Below the pieces are notes generated by a model. The model did not search any database and had not been told where the DNA came from. It worked only from the letters and a program-made list of their open reading frames with translations. DNA of 20,000 bases, taken from IMG/VR virus record IMGVR_UViG_3300036958_000084; one strand, written 5' to 3'. Origin of the DNA: an uncultured virus (IMG/VR IMGVR_UViG_3300036958_000084). Its lineage: Duplodnaviria > Heunggongvirae > Uroviricota > Caudoviricetes. Shown one piece after another: positions 16,770-20,000 of the stretch. Within the stretch, counting starts at the first letter, position 1. Each line of letters starts with the position of its first letter. The position numbers were made by a program, and so were the translations under genes.

Positions 16770-17785
16770 TAGACCTAACTAAATTATCTGATGGAACAAC
16801 CTTTGAGGAGCTACTGATGATCAGTGACGCTCAGATACTTAAGACAAAGACTAACAAGCCCTATTTAGCTTGTAGCTTTGGTAACAAGTATGGTAAACTA
16901 CCAGCACGTCTGTGGACAGTAATTCCTGGTGCTGGAGCCCCGGCAACTGGTAACATCTTCAAAGTAACCGGAACCATTACAACCTTTGCAGACCAGAAGC
17001 AGATCAACATAGGAAGTATGCTTCCGTATGATGGAGAAATACCGCTGGATGACTTTATCGTGTCTGTTCCTGACCGCATAAGTGATGACTGCTTTAATGA
17101 TGTTATTCAGGATGTAATAGACCTTACAGTCAAGTACCACTCAGAGCATCTACAGGCTTTAGTAATGTACATAATGTCAAAGTACAAGAAGCAGTTCCAT
17201 GAGACTACTGCAGCACGTGGTGTTCATCATGCCGGCGTTGGCGGTCTCATGAAACACACATACGAAGTAGTACAGTATGCACAGGCTATCTTAGGTATTT
17301 TGCCTGAGAGAACAGCACAGCTGGTCCGCGGGGACCTGGTGGTTATCGGTGCTCTACTCCATGATATAGGAAAGTGCACAGCTTATACCTTTATAAATGG
17401 TATACCTGATATGTCTGAGGTAGGTAAGCTTAATGAGCACATTATCGAGGGCATCAAGATACTACATGACGCATTCTTAGTTGTGAATGCAGACTATGCT
17501 GAGAGTGGCGATGCTGATGCCCAGTACATGCTCTACAGAGATGTCCAGATGCTTGAGCACATTATTGCTTCACACCACGGTGAGCTGGAGTATGGTTCTC
17601 CTGTAACACCGGTGACAATAGAGGCTTTGATAGTAGCTCATGCAGACCTACTGAGTGCTGACCTGGATTGTGTCACAACTGCAGCGTGCACAGCACAGGA
17701 GATGCATCAGACATGGACCGATAAGATATACACACAGCATAATAGGCAGTTCTACATCATACCTAAGTGGCCGTCAAGGGGGTAA
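16766..17785 (+). CDS. yhaM: YhaM/Cbf1-like 3'-5' exoribonuclease (OB fold + HD domain)
   Basis: N-terminal OB (KTKTNKPYL...ARLW...KVTGTI); AARGVHHAGVGGLMKHT, LLHDIGK, HIIEG, HIIASHHGELEYGSP..P.TIEALIVAHAD. Confidence 0.9.
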   Translation: MIDLTKLSDGTTFEELLMISDAQILKTKTNKPYLACSFGNKYGKLPARLWTVIPGAGAPATGNIFKVTGTITTFADQKQINIGSMLPYDGEIPLDDFIVSVPDRISDDCFNDVIQDVIDLTVKYHSEHLQALVMYIMSKYKKQFHETTAARGVHHAGVGGLMKHTYEVVQYAQAILGILPERTAQLVRGDLVVIGALLHDIGKCTAYTFINGIPDMSEVGKLNEHIIEGIKILHDAFLVVNADYAESGDADAQYMLYRDVQMLEHIIASHHGELEYGSPVTPVTIEALIVAHADLLSADLDCVTTAACTAQEMHQTWTDKIYTQHNRQFYIIPKWPSRG

Positions 17786-17789
17786 TACA

Positions 17790-18458
17790 ATGTTCGAGAC
17801 TAAAATGTGCAACCAGTGTATGCGGACCAAAGCTACTAGTCAGTTCAAAACCTATCCTACACAGGGTGGCTTGAAGTATCGTAGCATTTGTCATCAGTGT
17901 GAGTATGACAATCACAGGTTCAATACACTGCATAAGCAAGTAATTAACAAGACTATATCAGACGATGACTATGAGAACTACAGACTCATACTTACTTTGT
18001 TTGATACATACTCGGAGCTTGGTGGTCACATCAGCTCCGGGGCATACAATGAGCTTCGTGGTAAGACCTTTAAGGAGCGTACGTTAGAAGAACAGCTGGC
18101 ATCTGCACAGCAGGCATTAGCTGAGAAGCGTAATGCTTCTGAATATGCTAATAAAATCTACTGTGAGCCGTCACATTCAGTTGAGCTAATTGATGCTGGG
18201 TTCCCTGAACAGTTCATAAATCTTCTATCACAGAAGATGAGCGACTGGTGCGAGCTGCACTACAAGCCTTCATTCCTCAGACAGATACACAAAGATTATA
18301 AAGCTGAGCATGCAGTTCCTGGTGAGTGCTTCGATACTGACTGGGCTAAAGAGCTTGAGACATTTGCTACGAAGATCTGGGACTACGAAGAGTATTTGTC
18401 TGAGACTTACGGGGACCAACTGCCTGATTGGCTAGATGGGGAGGAGCTACTGGTATGA
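17790..18458 (+). CDS. C4 zinc-finger protein, paralog 1
   Basis: KMCNQCMRTKATSQF...RSICHQC; aagggggt RBS before ATG 17790. Confidence 0.7.
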   Translation: MFETKMCNQCMRTKATSQFKTYPTQGGLKYRSICHQCEYDNHRFNTLHKQVINKTISDDDYENYRLILTLFDTYSELGGHISSGAYNELRGKTFKERTLEEQLASAQQALAEKRNASEYANKIYCEPSHSVELIDAGFPEQFINLLSQKMSDWCELHYKPSFLRQIHKDYKAEHAVPGECFDTDWAKELETFATKIWDYEEYLSETYGDQLPDWLDGEELLV

Positions 18459-18625
18459 ACCCGCATGTTATTATGACAATCTACGAGTTTCACGAAGCAC
18501 TTGATGATAGCAATAATTGGTTCACTGTGCTAAGGGTGGCAGCACCTGTGCTAGATAGGCTAACTACTACAGATTATGAGGATATGAGTAGGCATGGAAT
18601 AATCCTTTGGAAAGTTAATGTTTAG
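18455..18625 (+). CDS. Small hypothetical protein (56 aa)
   Basis: gaggag RBS; ATGA overlap with the previous stop codon. Confidence 0.6.
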   Translation: MNPHVIMTIYEFHEALDDSNNWFTVLRVAAPVLDRLTTTDYEDMSRHGIILWKVNV

Positions 18626-18637
18626 GAGGTGATATGC

Positions 18638-18880
18638 TTGGAAGATATAGAGACTAGACAGTGTATTTGCTGTGGGCAAATTAAAGCAATAACTAGCTTT
18701 GAAAAGACAAATCATGGTAAAAGTCGTAGCACACGTTGTAACGTATGCAAAAAGCATAAGCATAGAATAAATCGTCTTTCAAAAATACCTGTAGACGAAC
18801 GTACCAAGACGCAGCAAAGGCAGTTGAGGGTGTCAGAAGTATACATGTACAAGTGCAATCTAGTCACTGGATACTTATAA
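18638..18880 (+). CDS. C4 zinc-finger protein, paralog 2
   Basis: RQCICCGQIKAITSFEK...STRCNVC...YMYKCNLVTG; aggaggtg RBS favours TTG 18638. Confidence 0.7.
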   Translation: MEDIETRQCICCGQIKAITSFEKTNHGKSRSTRCNVCKKHKHRINRLSKIPVDERTKTQQRQLRVSEVYMYKCNLVTGYL

Positions 18881-18887
18881 TCAAATT

Positions 18888-18922
18888 GGGTGGTACAGCA
18901 ATTGTGCCACCCTCCTTTATTA
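18888..18922 (+). terminator. Probable intrinsic terminator
   Basis: gggtggtaca-gcaat-tgtgccaccc 10-bp stem (one G:U) followed by tcctttatt; weak U-tract. Confidence 0.55.
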
Positions 18923-18989
18923 TATAAATATAAAGGTGAAAATAGGCTGTAATACTCATTTTAAAGACCCGTGACGATTTTATAATTAA

Positions 18990-19041
18990 TTTATGGGCCC
19001 TATATAATATAATTACCCTTTAAAAATAATAGGCCCATAAA
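18990..19041. repeat. Inverted repeat in an AT-rich intergenic region
   Basis: tttatgggcc(18990-99) / ggcccataaa(19032-41) are perfect 10-bp arms with a 32-nt AT-rich spacer. Confidence 0.75.
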
Positions 19042-19188
19042 ACGCGATTTGGATTTTGTTTCATTATTTAACTTATTAACAATAAATTAACGAATTGGAT
19101 GATTTTGTACAAGGCAGAATTGAATATTATGCACGTATATTATAGTAGAGTTAAAAGACTCAAATATCTACTGAAGAGGAGAATTTAT

Positions 19189-19743
19189 ATGCAGAAAGTT
19201 TTTGTTGACGAAGACGCACAGAAAGTGTGCAAATGCTGTGGAGCTACTAAGCCGCTTACAACATTCGATAAGAGTGGAAGTGGCAAGCGTATAAGCATTT
19301 GTAGAGACTGTAGACGTGCACAGCAGGTAATCAATAATTTCAAAAGACGTGAGGATCTTTCACCAAGGCAGAACCAGCGACTAATTGATGCTCTGAACTA
19401 CATGCAGCAGTGTAAAGAGGTTACTGGATTTGAGACTGGTAGATACTCAAGCAAAGTTGGTAGTACTGTTAAGACTCCTACTATGGCAGAAGACAATGGT
19501 AGCAGCAGTATGTCACTTGAGAACATTGCGTATAATGCTGCAGCGCATAGGAAGAGACTTAAAGAAATGGGTATTGATCTTCAGCCGCCAACTTTAGAGC
19601 TAATTGTACACAGCAACGTTAGGTTCTTAGTAGAGTCTGGTTACACACGTGATGAATGCTTTACTATTCTTGATGCAGAATTAAATCAAGACAGCGACGA
19701 ATATTTTGAGCTATCTGATAAGCTGTATCATATGCCACTGTGA
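19189..19743 (+). CDS. C4 zinc-finger protein, paralog 3
   Basis: KVCKCCGATKPLTTFDK...ISICRDC...YMQQCKEVTG; gaggag RBS before ATG 19189. Confidence 0.72.
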   Translation: MQKVFVDEDAQKVCKCCGATKPLTTFDKSGSGKRISICRDCRRAQQVINNFKRREDLSPRQNQRLIDALNYMQQCKEVTGFETGRYSSKVGSTVKTPTMAEDNGSSSMSLENIAYNAAAHRKRLKEMGIDLQPPTLELIVHSNVRFLVESGYTRDECFTILDAELNQDSDEYFELSDKLYHMPL

Positions 19744-19744
19744 G

Positions 19745-19770
19745 AAAGATGGGCAGCTGCCCATCTTTTT
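19745..19770 (+). terminator. Intrinsic terminator (possibly bidirectional)
   Basis: Perfect palindrome aaagatgggcagctgcccatcttt followed by tt, directly after the stop codon. Confidence 0.8.
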
Positions 19771-20000
19771 CTATTCGATTTATTAAATCGAATTTACTTC
19801 CCGCCCTATATGTATAATGTAAAAAGATTATGCCGAATTGGATCAAAGCCGGAAAGCTACTCAAATTTTTAAATCTATTCGATTTATTAAATCGAATTTA
19901 CTTCCCGCCCTATATGTATAATGTAAAAAGATTATGCCGAATTGGATCAAAGCCGGAAAGCTACTCAAATTTTTAAATCTATTCGATTTATTAAATCGAA
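19770..20000. repeat. Exact 104-bp tandem direct repeat (at least 2.2 copies, truncated by window end)
   Basis: Units start at 19770, 19874 and 19978. Each contains the palindrome attcgattta-t-taaatcgaat, and the complete units also contain tgtataat. Confidence 0.92.

Noticed and set aside
8268..17785. 2-aminoadenine (Z-genome) pathway: MazZ-like + DatZ-like HD protein + DpoZ-like PolA
   Set aside because: No purZ in the window, the HD protein has the OB+HD YhaM architecture rather than stand-alone DatZ, and the neighbouring enzymes are pyrimidine-directed
656..19864. Minus-strand ORFs in the track (e.g. 1508-1909, 7530-7892, 13942-14247, 16169-16489)
   Set aside because: They are short, lie antisense to well-supported plus-strand genes, and show no recognisable motifs; shadow ORFs
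19770..20000. CRISPR array interpretation of the tandem repeat (palindromic 21-mer recurring)
   Set aside because: The sequence between palindromes is identical in both complete units (no unique spacers), the 104-bp period is too long, and no cas genes are in the window
1..20000. Stop-codon reassignment, or tRNA genes
   Set aside because: Genes are full length under code 11 with TAA, TAG and TGA all used as stops before RBSs; no cloverleaf or T-loop motif was noticed in the few intergenic gaps

Overview
About 40% GC (estimated by eye), densely packed, all-plus-strand DNA replication and nucleotide-metabolism module of a tailed phage or prophage. The host is probably a spore-forming Firmicute (strong AGGAGG RBSs, YhaM, SleB-like, SpoIIID-like and sigma70-family genes). 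The replication genes are an ATP-dependent DNA ligase, RNase HI, a putative SSB/annealing protein, a Zn-finger/TOPRIM primase fused to an MCM-type helicase, a YqaJ exonuclease and a family A DNA polymerase with no 5'-3' exonuclease domain. A pyrimidine pathway is also present (dimeric dUTPase/MazG-like, divergent ThyX, dNMP kinase, dCMP deaminase). The right end has a Thr-linker SleB-like hydrolase, YhaM, three paralogous C4 zinc-finger genes around an AT-rich inverted-repeat region, and an exact 104-bp tandem repeat (palindrome plus TATAAT) running off the window edge. A non-canonical promoter-like pattern, TTTA-N16-TATAAT, recurs upstream of the sigma gene, upstream of polA and in each complete tandem unit. 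All product calls come from motif recognition by eye; no database searches were run.
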